From the human T2T-CHM13v2.0 reference genome, Homo sapiens, in NCBI RefSeq assembly GCF_009914755.1, contig NC_060929.1: DNA of 64,000 bases; one strand, 5' to 3'. The notes beneath the pieces are model-generated. The model was given only the letters and a program-made list of their open reading frames with translations, was not told where the DNA came from and ran no database searches. Within the stretch, counting starts at the first letter, position 1. Every line of letters begins with the position of its first letter. Positions 1 to 14,689 of the stretch are shown here, one piece after another. The translations under genes were made by a program, and so were the position numbers.

Positions 1-1129
1 CTGATTACGTGGGTGTGTTCCATTTAGACAAACCCATCAAGCTGAACATTTATGATTTGTGCACGAGTCTCTCTGTATGTTCCTTTCTGGCCAGTATGTG
101 AGTGTTGAACTAGAAAGGTGGAAGATGCAGTCTTGGAGAGACGAGGTATGGGCTGTTGAAAAATTCAGGTGAATGATGGCTGGCTAGAGGGATGGTGGGG
201 GCCAGGGAGACCTGAGGACGGAGCAGGGACATGTTTTGGAGAAAAGCTGGTGAGGGCATCAGCAGTGCCTCTCCACTTCTGGCATGAGCACCTGGGAGGT
301 GTCAGAACTAAGATGGAGAAGGTGGGCGAGGAGCAGCTTTGAAGAGGATGGCAGAACCCAAGACCTTCATTTTGGACATGTAAACTTTGAAATGTCTCCA
401 AAAGGCAACATCACGGGAGCAGATAGGTGTCTGGTGAGACTTCATTTAAAAAAACAAAAAAAGATTCTGCTGCTTAAGAGAAAAATAAAGTTTGAAAAAA
501 AGTTGCCACCATTCTGGCAATTTTTTCTTTTACAAAGCACTTTCAGCTCCATTATCTCATTCTATTTAATTTCATGACAAAGATTCTTGTCTTTGAAGTG
601 TGGGTGGGATGAGGGGAATGTGATGTCTTTATGTAGAAATTAGAGAGATATTCATGTGTGTGCTGTTACTGGAACACGCTATATTTATCCATTAAAAGAG
701 AGCAGGCCTGGGATGGGAGCCTGAGCTAACCCGTGGAGGGCATCAGCCGTGATGAGAAGGCTGATTGGGGTTCTGGGAGTTTGGCTCTCACTGCAGTGGG
801 GCTGAGCCAAGCAGTCTAAGACCCAAATGTAGTGGGCAGAGATGCTTTCCGACAGCCTTGGGACCCTGGGGACAAGGCACAATTGCTGGAGATGTGGGCT
901 CCATTACCTTCTAATTCAGTCCCTGTCCCTGCCTCCCCCTGAAGAATATGGATCACACTTCTCCCCTGCTTACCTCTTCCAAGGCTCCCCATTGTCCCCA
1001 GGAAAGAATCCTTAGTCCTGGCCATGAGGAGGCTTTGCATCTCTGCAGCCTCATCTTTTACTCTTTTTATGGGTTCTTTCTGTTCAAGCCATGCAGGGCT
1101 TTCTTTCTGTCTATTGAGTGCGCTGCATT

Positions 1130-1440
1130 CTTCCTAATCTCCAGGCCTTTTGCGGGCTTTTTTCTGTGCCTGGGATACCTGGTCAGTCTTCTTTGTACTT
1201 ACCTGTATGCATCCTTCAAGCCTCAGGTCAAAACCATTTTCGTCAGGAAGGCTTCTGCATTCCCTGAACAGCCTGAGCCCTGCCCTACTCACTCAGGTCA
1301 CCCAGCACTGCCCTTGATCTGAGCCCTACTCCTCTTTCAGCATCTGTCTTCCCCATCAGACTGTGAGCTCCAGGGCAGTGGGGACTGTGTCTGCCTTGTC
1401 CCCCCCAGTCAGCCTGTGTCCTGCTCCCTAGCATTGGGTA
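1130..1440 (+). mobile_element. L2 3' fragment
   Basis: CATCCTTCAAGCCTCAGGTCAAA...TCTGTCTTCCCCATCAGACTGTGAGCTCC motifs. Confidence 0.65.
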
Positions 1441-1639
1441 CCAAACACGTCCTCACAGCCATGTGCTTTTCTTGCCCTCTGGGCTAAACTGATAACCTTG
1501 AAGCTGGGCATCCCTTTGTCCACATCCCCAGGCCCCAGTGAGACTGAGCGTTCACTCTGCACTCAGGGGCTTGTCTGTAGATTTGCAAAATCCCCTGAAA
1601 ATGCTCATGACCATAACTGACTCCACAATTACTTTTTCA

Positions 1640-1989
<350 letters not shown>

Positions 1990-2429
1990 GACAGGAGACA
2001 AAATCTGGACACCCCTCCTCCCACCAAAGGACCAATGAGGGTCAGACTCACTAAGGCCAATTCAGTCTGAAATAACCTAATCCCAAGAAGGTGTCCAGTG
2101 ATTGTGTGGGCAGCGACGCTGAAAAAAGAATAGCCACAGGGCATCGTTAAAAACCATGTCACAAACCTTAAAAATATGAACATCCTTTGCTGCAGGAATT
2201 TCACCTCTAAGAATTCACTCTGATAAAATAATGCATGGGAGCAGAGATGAATTTATGAGGCTGTTTCCCACAGCATTGCTCATCACAGCGAAACATTGGA
2301 AAAAAACAAGATATGCAACAATGAGAGACTGGTTGAAAGTGGAGACACAGACAATACCCTGCCACCATTAAATGTGATGTTGTGCGTGTACTTTACCGAC
2401 CTGGAGTCACCACCATGACACACGGTGTG

Positions 2430-2930
2430 TGTGGGTCAGAAGCTGTTCAGTGGCAAGTGACAGAAATCCACCTCAAAATGGGAAAAGCACAAGGGAGGAT
2501 TTGTTGTTAGCTCATGTAATCCAGAGGAGAGTTGGACAACACAGTTCGGAAGGACCACAGTGTGGCCAGGGCCAAAGAACACCTGGGGTCTGGGGCTCAG
2601 GCAGTTCCAAGACCTTCTCTCCATCTGCTGTGTTTGCCTCTCCCTGTGTGTCAGCCTCATTTTCTCATTGCAGACCAGATAGTGGGGAATACATTTTGAG
2701 ACATAGGAAAGTATATACCTGAAGCTGTCTCTAGCCCTCAATCCAGAACTCCCAAGCAAGGAATAGACTGGCCACCTTAGTTCAATTACCCAAGTCTGAA
2801 CCAGTCAACTGTGGACAGGGTAGCCAGGCACTGTGATTGGCCCAGCTTGAGTCAAGACCTCCCTCTGGACCAAACAACTAAGACCAGGGCGCAGGGTCTC
2901 TTTGACCTAACATGGGAGTTCTTGAACTAA
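2430..2930. mobile_element. Old ERVL/MaLR-type solo LTR (LTR33/MLT1-like)
   Basis: TTCAGTGGCAAGTGACAGAAATCCACCTCAAA start and CTGTGATTGGCCCAGCTTGAGTCA motif. Confidence 0.45.
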
Positions 2931-3306
2931 ACAGAGAAGGCAGGAAGAGTAGTTCTGGGAAAGGGTACAGGGCTGATAATCTGGGTTATCCTCCACCTAT
3001 TTTTGAGTGAGATGGTTAACAAAATGACATACCAGTTTTGTTACTGAGATACTGTTCACTCTTCATTGTACTTACCAGTATGCATCCTTCAAGCCTCAGC
3101 TCAGGCGGGCTTCTTCATTCCCTGAACAGGCTGAGCCCCACCCTGCTCATCCAAAGCGACGTCTCATTTCTGTAAAGAAATGGCGGAAGGGCAGTGCATA
3201 GAGGAAATAAAGTCTGAAAAGATATTCTAAAATGTTCAGAGTTGTTTTCTTGCAGCTGTGCTGTGTTTTCTATGATGAACACCAACTATTTGTGAGATCA
3301 AAACAA

Positions 3307-3592
3307 TTTTTTTTTTTTTGAGATGGAGTTTCACTCTTGTTGCCCAGGCTGGAGTGCAATGGTGTGATCTCAGCTCACTGCAACCTCTGCCTCCGGTTCA
3401 AGTGATTCTCCTGCCTCAGCCTCCTGAGTAGCTGGGATTACAGGTGCCCGCTACCACACCTGGCTAATTTTTGTATTTTTAGTAGAGATGGGGTTTTGCC
3501 ATGTTGGTCAGGCTGGTCCTGACCTCAGGTGAACCAGCTGCCTTGGCCTCCCAAAGTGCTAGGATTACAGGCATGAGCCACCATGCCTAGCT
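3307..3592 (-). mobile_element. Alu (AluS-like)
   Basis: Poly(T) followed by reverse Alu. Confidence 0.95.
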
Positions 3593-3749
3593 CAAAAATT
3601 TTTTAAGAGAGAAAAGCTATATTGACTCCATGAGTATGTGGAACAACCACTCAAGCAGTTCTCCTCACGTCTCTCTCCTTCAGTCAGCCCATGCTGGATT
3701 TGAAATGCAAGTGATTTTGTGAACTGCAGACCTCATTAGTGTCTCCAGA

Positions 3750-4150
3750 CATCCATCCATCCAACAAATGGATGTTGACAGGGGCCCCAGTAAGTGCCAG
3801 GCAGCAAAATGTGCTGGAGATACAATGACCACTAAAGGCTAGACCCTGCCTCCAAGGAGCTCACAGTCTGGTGGAACATAGATTTTGATGAGTACATAAC
3901 CAGTTATGTTACAAGAAGCTCAAAACAGAAGTGTGAGCAATGTGCTAGAGAAATATAGACCAGAGGACAACTGGTTCTGTTTAGAGGGCTCTGTAAAGGT
4001 GGTCTTGAGGCGTTGGGCTTTGAGCTGGCCTGCAAATGTACAGCATGCTGTGAAGGCTTATCAGATGGGGAAGACAGCACATGCAAAGGTGCAGAGAGCT
4101 TACCAGCAGGACCTGGAGTTGGTGGTCAGGTGTGGCAGGAGTTACGAGGG
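3750..4150 (-). mobile_element. L2 3' fragment
   Basis: CATCCAACAAAT...GTGCCAGGC...CCCTGCCTCCAAGGAGCTCACAGTCTGGTGG. Confidence 0.7.
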
Positions 4151-5859
4151 AGCAGACAATGAATTTCATTAACTGAGCAGGTAGTGAACATCTAGCATAT
4201 GTCAGGCTTTTGGCTAAGGGCTTGCTGATGAAATAGCAAAGGCATTTGAGATTAGAGTCCAAAGGGCCTTGAATGCTATTCTGTCTCCTTTCCAATAAAA
4301 CAAAATTGAGATGAAAATGTGGGCTTATCACTTCTTTCATAGGAGAGACACACGTCTTCTTCATGCATGGGCCCTCTCAGGTATCTTCAGCTCCTGCATC
4401 TCCACATTAAAGGAGGAAGCAGGACTGGGTGTGTGTGTAGCAGAGGTAGGTGTCCACACTCCCTGCTTCCTGGGTTCATATTCTACCCGTGTTTCAGGGA
4501 TATTGGGGAATGAGACACTTGGGGAATTCTCTTAGAAGTTGCAGAGGCAGGGCTGTGCTCAGAAAGTCCTAGCTGGGCTTTGCTGTGGAGGCCCAGAGCC
4601 ATGATCATGGAAATGACTTTCCCAGCTCTGCTTCTCTGGAGGGACTCTGGGGAAGGGGAATCACTGGTCTCTGAAGTGTCTTTCATGCACTAAGCCGAAT
4701 GACCTTGGCCTGAATCGCTCAGGGTTATGTAAGATTAGGTAGCCACTTAGTCAAAAATAGCTTTCATGCTGACTCCAGCCCACAGAATAGCATCCAAGTC
4801 AAGGGGGCACAGATGCGTCAGAGCTGGGCATGCATGGGGAAATTCCCCTCCTGGTCCTCGCCATTGGAAAATCGCTTGAGGGTGTTAGCCGGGACTTGGA
4901 GCTGCTGCCAGGTAATCTCCTGTGTGTCTCTGTTTGGCAGCATATATGTGACTGTTTTGCTGAAGGAGAGAAACCAAGGGACCATAAACACAGAAATGCA
5001 GTGCAAACATTAGAATAAAAGTGAGAAAGAGGGTGCGGTAGGCAGAAAGAGCACTGAACTAGGAGCCTTCAGATCTGCTACTACCATTGACTTTCTGGAG
5101 CCAGTCACTTTTTTCTATTCATTCAACAAATACTTACTGAGCCTACTGTGTGCCAGAGACTGTCCTAGCACTGGAGACACAAAAGGGAAGGATAGATGCT
5201 ATTTCTTCCCTCATGGAATTTTAGCTTGTAAGCTGTCTTGTCCCTCAGCTTAAAGATAACACACATCTTCTGAGAAATTTCTTATGCCAGGCACTTTACA
5301 AGACATTCGACATACACAGTGAACAAGCCAGATACAGTCTTTGGCCACATGCAGCTTGCAGACTAGAGGGAGAAAAAGACAAATAAAGACAAAAAAAATC
5401 CAGACAATTTGTCTTTGCAATAAAAATTCCAATAAAGGGCGCTTTTAGGCCTAAGAGGAAGATGTCTGTATTGATTGGGACGGTCACTGTCTTGTTCAAA
5501 GTTTCTGCCCAGTGAAGGAGCATGTCGGGGCTCCTGTTTTCTCCTCCTGGAAGAGACATTGGGTAAAAGCAACCTGGATCCCGCATGAGGAAGAGAACCC
5601 CATCCACTGCTATTCAGAGTGGGTGTTGGTCTGATATTTTTGGAGGAAAATTTGGCAACATTCATCAAAGCTTTACAAGTATTCCTCTCCTTTGACCTAA
5701 TACATTCATTTCTGGGAGGTTATCCAAAGGAAATAATTGGATAAGTGTACAAAGATGTACATTGTAAAGAAACTCAATGAATCCTTATTTACGACAATTA
5801 AAAATTTGAAATAACCAAGACAGTCAATAATAAGGGATTGTTGAAGCAAATTGTAGTCT

Positions 5860-5978
5860 AGCTGGACTGGTAGCACATGTCTATAGTCCCGGATATGGCA
5901 GGAAGATCCCTCGAGCCCAGGAATTGGGGTTCAGCCTGGGCAACATAGTAAGACCCTGTCTCAAATAAAAAATAAAAA
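5860..5978 (+). mobile_element. Alu monomer (FLAM/FRAM-like) within an L1ME-like fragment (~5590-6090)
   Basis: CAGCCTGGGCAACATAGTAAGACCCTGTCTC plus A tail. Confidence 0.75.
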
Positions 5979-6294
5979 ATTGCAGTATATCTATAAAGTG
6001 CCATAAAATAATTTTTGCCCTTTATACCATTAACATGGAAAGATGTTCATGATATGATAAGTTAAAAAAATTGGTTCAAAAAATTGTGTGGGATAGTACC
6101 AAAAAGAGCAGAATACGTAAGAATAAATTTACCCAAGAAGTTGTAAGACTTCTTTACGGAAACTTTAAAACACTGCCAAAAGAGATGAAAGAAGACCTAA
6201 ATATACAGACATTCTTTGCTTATGGGTTAGAAGACTCACTTTTTAAATTAAATTTTAATTTCTATCATTAATTTATTTGTTTATTTTTATGGGA

Positions 6295-6506
6295 ACCACT
6301 AAGACCGCGTCGTCTCCTTACTCCCCTGAAGGAAGAGAAGAAGGATCATCAATGGCAAGCGGCAGCTGCAACAAAACAACACTATGAGCTGGCTGCATGC
6401 TCAGGAAAGAATGCCCGCCTCCTCCGTTTGGTTTCCAGTGCTCTAAACATTCAGAGAAACTTCTCTAGTATTGAATGACAGAAATGAGCCCTGAGAGTAG
6501 AGTCTT
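6295..6506 (-). pseudogene. Full-length U3 snoRNA retropseudogene inserted in an old L1
   Basis: Reverse complement reads AAGACTCTACTCTCAGGGCTCATTTCT...ACTAGAGAAGTTTCTCTGAATGTTTAGAGCAC...CCTGAGCATG...GCCATTGATGATCCTTCTTCTC...ACGCGGTCTTAGTGGT, colinear with U3; A-rich tail 6240-6290 (T-rich on +); TSD AGAAGACT at 6229-6236 and 6507-6514. Confidence 0.93.
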
Positions 6507-7304
6507 AGAAGACTTGATTTTGTTAAGACAACAATATTCCCCAAAGCAATATGCAGATTCAATGCAATCCCTATCAAAGTCCCCAAATCCCACAAATTCC
6601 GTTTTGCTGAAGTAGAAAAGCTGACTCTGAAATGTACATAGAATTGCAAGGGATCCCAAATAGTCAAAACAATCTTGCAAAAAGAAGAACAAGGTGTTAA
6701 GACTCACATTTGCCAATTTCAAAACTTACTACAAAGCTACAGTAATCAAAATCATGTACTACCAACATAAGGATAGTCATGCATATAGATCAATGGAATA
6801 GAATTGACAATCCAGAAATAAACGTATGCAACTATGGTCAATTGATTTTCAACAAGGGTGCCAAGACCATTCAATGGGGGAAAAGGGTTTCTTCAACAAA
6901 TGGTGCCAGGCCAACTGATTATCCACATGCAAAAGAACAAAGTTAGACGTTACCACACATCATGTACAAAAATTAACACAAAATGAATAAAATTCTAAAT
7001 ATAAGAGCTAAAGCCATAAAAGTCTAAGAAAAGAACAGCTTTATAACCTTGGGTTTGGCAACAGTTTCTTAGACCAAAAACAAAAGGAACAAATGAAAAA
7101 TAAGTTGGGGGCTTCATCAGAATAAAAAACTTCTGTGCATGAAAGAACGCTATCAAGAATGCAAAAGGAAACCCACAGAATGGAAGAATATATTTGCAAA
7201 TCATATATTTGACAAGAATCTTGTATCCAGAATATAGAAAGAACTTGGTTGTACAACTCAACAAGAAAAACACAAACAACTCAATTTTTAAAATGGACAA
7301 AGGC

Positions 7305-7638
7305 ATGAAAAAGAACAAAATCATGTCCTTTGCAGCAACATGGATGCAGCTGAAGGCTATTATCCTAAGTAAATTAACACAGAAACAGAAGACCAAATGC
7401 CACATGTTCTCACTTGTACGTGGCAGCTAAACATGGGGTACACACGGACACAAAGATGGGAACAATAGACACTGGGGGCTCCAAAAGCGGGGAGGAGGGG
7501 TGGGAGGGCAAGGGCTGAAAAACTACCTATTGGGTACTGTGTTCACTATTTGGTTGATGGGATCAATAGAAGCCCAAACTTCAGCATCACACAATATACC
7601 TACGTAGAAAACCTGTACATGTACCCCCGAGTGTAAAA
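7305..7638 (+). mobile_element. L1PB/old L1PA 3' end nested in the L1M
   Basis: ATCATGTCCTTTGCAGCAACATGGATGCAGCTG...AAACCTGTACATGTACCCC; TSD AAAATGGACAAAGGC (7290-7304) and AAGATGGGCAAAGGC (7639-7653). Confidence 0.88.
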
Positions 7639-8195
7639 AAGATGGGCAAAGGCCTTGAATAGATATCTCTCCAAGGAAGATATACAAATGGTCAACAAGC
7701 ACGTGAAAAGATGTTTAACATCATTAGTCATTAGGGAAATGCAATTCAAAACCACAAAAATGTAGGTATGAGATAGCATTTCATACCCACTAGGTTGGTT
7801 ATAATAAAACAAAACAAAACAAACAGAAGGAATATGACAAGTTTTGGTATGGATGTAGAGAAATTGGAACCCTCATACATTGCTGGTGGAAATGTAGCCA
7901 CTATGGGAATCGGTTTGGTATTTCTTCAATAAGTTAAAGATAGAATGACCATTTGATGTAGCAGTCCCACTCCTAAGTATATAGTCAAAAGAACTGAAAA
8001 CAGGTATTCAAATAAAAACTTACATGTTCATAGCAGCACTATTCACAACAGACAAAAGGTGGAAATAGCCCAAATGTCCCTCAACTAATGAATAGATAAA
8101 CAAAATATGGCATATCCGTGCGATGGAATGTTATTTGGCTATAAAAAGGAACGAAGTAGTGATGCATGCTACAGCATGGATGAACCTTGAAAACA

Positions 8196-8527
<332 letters not shown>

Positions 8528-8548
8528 AACCTTGAAAACATTATGCTT

Positions 8549-8846
8549 GGCTGAGTGTGTTGGCTCACATCTGCAATCCCAGCACTTTTGGAGGCCAAGG
8601 TGGGAGGATCGCTTGAGGTCAGGATTTGGAGACCAGCCTTGCTGACGTGGTGAAACCCCATCTCTACTAAAAATATGAAAATTATCCAGGCTTGGTGGTG
8701 CATGCCTGTAGTCCCAGCTACTTAGAAGGCTGAGGCAGGAGAAATCATTTGAATCCGGGAGGCGGAGGTTGCAGTGAGCCTAGATCACGCCACTGCGCTC
8801 CAGCCTGGGCAACAGAGCGAGACTCTGTCCCCATTAAAAAAAAAAA
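8549..8846 (+). mobile_element. AluS-like
   Basis: Dimeric Alu; TSD ending ATTATGCT. Confidence 0.93.
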
Positions 8847-9330
8847 TTATGCTAAGTGAAAGAAGTGAGACACAAAAGATCACATATTGTATGGTTCCAC
8901 TGATGTGAAATACCCAGCATACGCAGATCCATGGAGCTAGAAAGCAGATTCGTGGTTGCCAGGGGCTGTCGGGAGAGGGGAATGGAGAGTGACTCTTCAG
9001 TGGATGTGGGATTTCCTGGGGTGATGAAATTATTCTGAAATTATATAGTGGTGATGATTGTTCAGCATTGAGAATGCACTAAATGCCACTGAACTGTACA
9101 CTTCGAAATGGTTGAAATGGTTAAAATGGTGAAAAATTGTTGTGGGTATTCCAGAAAAATAATTGGAAGGATGAACAATAAAATGTTAACAGTGATTATT
9201 TCTGGATAACAGTAGGAGTGACTTTCACTCTCCTATTTTTCTTTTTATACTATATGAATACTTTATGAGAAGCATGTTTTGCATTAGTAATCAGAGTGAA
9301 TAAAAGCCATAGTGAACTGTTTTCACTTTA

Positions 9331-9452
9331 GAAGGCAAGAAGCAAGACGGAAGGGAGGAAGAAAAGACGGAAGGAAGGAAGGAAAGGAGGGAGGAAGGAA
9401 GGGAGGGAGGGAAGGAAGGAGAGGGAAGGAGAGAGCGGAAGGAAGAAAAAAA
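9331..9452 (+). repeat. Purine-rich (GGAA/GGGA)n low-complexity tract
   Basis: Direct reading. Confidence 0.9.
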
Positions 9453-9764
9453 GGGAGTCCTTGAACCCACCCCCCACAACTCCCTCATCTCTCTCATTAC
9501 TTTGGAGGTGCAGGCCTTGCTAGTGTCAGGCTGGGGGTTGTATGGGTTTCTGGTTAGACACCAAGAAGGACCTTTTAGGTTAATAGGATTGAGGTCAGCA
9601 ACCAACAGAACTCTTTACATATCCTATGGGAAGATCCCTAAGATATATTGTATAAAGAGCAAGATTTAGGACAGAGTGTGACAATTAGTGTAATTATACA
9701 CTCAAACACATACACACACACATGCTCCTGCACATACAGTCGTAATTACTAAAGAGTGCATGCC

Positions 9765-10065
9765 GGCCAGGCTTGGTCGCTCACGCCTGAAATCTTAACA
9801 CTTTGGGAGGCCAAGGAAAGAGGATTGCTTGAGGATAGGAGTTCTAAACCAGCCTGGGCTACATAGCAAGATCCTGCCTCTACAAAAAATAAAAATACAG
9901 AATTAGCAGTGTGTGGTGGTGCATTCCTATAGTCCTAGCTGCTTGCAGGGAAGAGGCAGGAGGATCATTTGAACTCAGGAGATCTAGGCTGCAGTAAGTC
10001 AGGATCATGCCACTGCACTCCAGCCTGGGTGATAGAACAGGATCCTGTCTCTCCATCCCAAAAAA
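9765..10065 (+). mobile_element. AluJ-like
   Basis: Diverged dimeric Alu. Confidence 0.92.
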
Positions 10066-10161
10066 TGTGTATGCGTATGCATTTGCAAATGTAAAGATAC
10101 CCTCTACCAAAATGGCTGAAAAACAGCAAGAATGGTTTTCCCCAGGGAGGGCAACTGGTGA

Positions 10162-10746
<585 letters not shown>

Positions 10747-12089
10747 TAAGACAGAAATGTTTAAAGTAAAAACAGAACACTCCTCCTTCCAGTTTTCTTT
10801 CAAAAGGAAAATATATTTATAATAAAATGTATTTTAAAATGAAATAAAGGTATCAGAAAAATGGTCTTTTTTTAAAAAAAACTTCTCTGTTGGTTTCCTT
10901 TCCCCTAAATTTTCTACAGTGCTATCTATTATTTCATGTTGGAAAATGTCTGTAATTAGCTGAGTCTTTAAACATAAAGCCATGGGTTTTAGGCAGCTGG
11001 TGAAGCCGCATTGGCCTGACCTTGACCTCCATGGAGCCCTGGACCCTTTGCCTCTGGCCCTGATCTCTGCAGCCTCCTTGGCCCAGACCCTGGGCCCTGC
11101 CAGTCCAGCTGTCTTCACGTGGCCTGCACAGACTGCCAAGCCACCAACCCTCAGGACTCCCTGTGGAGAACTAGGACGGGATGGGGGGCAGGGTGCTTCT
11201 GGATATTTTTCAAGGAGGGGCATGGGGGCTGTTTTGAAGCTATGTTTGCCCTATAAGCCAACTTTGATAGCGTATGGTAGACAAAGTTTTAAAAGAATTT
11301 TTTCTTCATGCTTTTATGTTAGATTGAACAAACATTACTTTGAAGAAGGGGGCAGCAGGTGCTGGGGGAACCTGATGGAGATTGAGAAGTGGGCCAGCCC
11401 CTGGACTACCCTCCCTGTCCCCACTGGTGTGGCCGTCACTGGAGGGACATTGATGTTCATCTGCCCATCTCCGCTCTGCAGAGGACAGAGGCAGACACAG
11501 GCTCTCCCATCTGCCTTGGGCCCAGACATGCCATTGGAAAACCCCCCTGGGGCCACTCACATGATGTGGGACTAAGAGTTTGGAGCTTTTCTCCTGGGAC
11601 TCGTTTTCTGAGCCTTTCCCCATCCTGGCTTCTCTTCTCTGCTGTCCCCGCACGTCTGAGGTGATGCTAAGTCAGATTAAAGTGGGCCAGTCAGAAACAT
11701 TTCCAAGGTCTGCTGGGGGCAGCTCCAGCAAGGTTCTTACTGTCTCCAGTAGCTACCCTATTACCTGAAATATATCCATTTAAGAACCATCTTATTTTTA
11801 ATTTGTGTTTTTAAAAACCCCATAAGTTCATTTTCTCCCCTGAATTATGAAAATATATCACTGTGAAAAGTAGCAAAAAGTAGAAACAACCCCTCCCTCT
11901 CTGCTACCAAAAATGTCACAAAACACATACACCCAGTACCTTGAGAGGATCTCTAGTATTTTGGAGTATTTCTTTGAAGTCTTTAAAAATAAATATCAGA
12001 GTCATTTTTGTTATCATTGCTTAATATTGTGATTAGTCCATACATCAATGATCTTTTTTTTTTTTTTAAATAAAAACCATATCAACAGA

Positions 12090-12400
<311 letters not shown>

Positions 12401-12429
12401 TAGAAGCTTTTTTTTTTTATGTTGCTATT

Positions 12430-12610
12430 AAGTGCTGGCTCTGATGTGCTACTAGCTCTGTAATTTGGGGTGTGTTAACCTCTCTGTGCCCCAGTTTTCT
12501 TATCTGCAAAATGAGGACAATACCAGTATCTATCCTACCGAGCTCCTGTAAGGATTTAATGAAATAGTGCAGGTAAAATGCTTTGCCAACAGCCACATTC
12601 AACAAATATT
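12430..12610 (+). mobile_element. MIR
   Basis: TTAACCTCTCTGTGCCCCAGTTTTCTTATCTGCAAAATGAGGACAATA core. Confidence 0.8.
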
Positions 12611-12759
12611 AGCAATTCATCTATTGCTAGCATGGACGAAGTTGAATTTTGCTTTTCAGCTAGGGTGAATAATCCAATGTTGAACACCTCTGTGTCTAGA
12701 GCCTCATCCATAGAGAGGATTAATTTCTTTCAAGAGATTCCTGGACATGGAGTTGCTGA

Positions 12760-13220
<461 letters not shown>

Positions 13221-14089
13221 AGGCCTTTCTAAAGTTCTTGATATAGATTGCCATCAACACTCCTGCAGGAGAAGAAGACTCCTGGCGTTAAGTGTAACTC
13301 AGTCTTCTGAGTACAGGGCATTGAGTCTCTCTCCCTGACTCCAGCACACACAACGTTAGTGGATGTGAATTCAGACGGCTTCTCTCTCGGAACACGCCTG
13401 CCTAAGAGTTTGATAAGACATCTTGGCATCACAGCCGCCTGTTGGAATAACCCTGAGACCTCAGTTTCACTCTTTGTGAAACCTGGTCAAAGATCTTGCT
13501 CAAGGTGTGGCAAAGAGTAATCAATAACTAATGGCTGGGGCTGACTTTTGTTCTCCTGGTCATAAAAGACCTTTGAATTGCTTGGCCACTTTGGGTTTCT
13601 CAGGAAAAGTGATAACACTAAGCCAAAGTTCATCCCAGTTGGCCAGGCTGCCTCTCTCCAGCACCCACAAGGCTGGAGGGAGAGAGGGAATGACCACAGT
13701 CCCATGAGTGTTGGGCTGGGTTCACTGGGGTTAGGGTCACCAAGGGTAGGAGCCATTTCCCCATTGACCCACCTATGCATCACACCACAGAAATATCCCG
13801 GTGCTCTGTTTATCTCCCACCCCTCCCCCGACACAGCGGAAGGACGTAAGTTTTCACGCATAGTGGACAGAGGACTTAGACCGAATGAGGTGAGGCTTGG
13901 TCAGCCCTGATATGAGAAACACAGATCAAAACCAGACTTATCCCTCTGCTATCATCACCCAGCCACCCAACACCACTTCCCAGAATGACTCAATCGACAT
14001 TTCCTGTACCCGAGCCTGGGATCTCCATTTTATTAAGCTTTCCGGAAGATGTTATCATCTAGCAAGTTTTTGAAGGAAGCATAGGACTA

Positions 14090-14640
14090 TGCCTATCCCA
14101 GTGGTGTCTGCCCAGGTCTCCTCTGTGCTCAAACACCATGCAAGGCTTCCTCACTCCAGCCGGAAGCCTCAGCGCTTAGTGTGGTATTCTAGGCTTCAGT
14201 CCACCTGTACAGACCATCTCCCAGCTCTCCCTCACTCACTACCCACTGCAGCTACTCTGGGGTTCCTGGTGCTTGAATATGCTGTGGGCCTTTAGGAAGA
14301 GCAACCTTGCTCTTGTTATGCTGTTAACTTAATGAAATCCTCTCCAACATTTAAGGCCCAGCTCTGATGCTCCAACTCTAGAAGCCTCCCTTGATCCAGC
14401 CCTATCTAGAAGTGACCCCCTCAACTTTCCTCTGAGCTCCAATAGACTCTCCTCGTCTGGGCCCGCACGTAACTCTGGTCACTTTCCACCTTATTTTACA
14501 GATGTTGGTTGGCCTCATCTCCCCAAGCTGTCTAGAAGCTGCTTAAGGGCAGGCCCCACAACTGGTTGGTTCATCTCTATGTCCGCAGTGCAAAACGTCG
14601 CATCTCTTAAGGCAATTAGTAAGTGTGCTGTAATGAATTA
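14090..14640 (+). mobile_element. L2 3' fragment
   Basis: CTCTGTGCTCAAACACCATGCAAGGCTTCC...TTTAAGGCCCAGCTC...AAGCTGCTTAAGGGCAGG, ends AATGAATT. Confidence 0.65.
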
Positions 14641-14689
14641 ATTCATGTCCACCATGACAAAGAGATACTGGTCCGAAACGTGAATTAAG

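Noticed and set aside
10982-11575. 197 aa plus-strand ORF in unique sequence
   Set aside because: No recognisable protein family or splice structure; the region is better explained as a candidate enhancer
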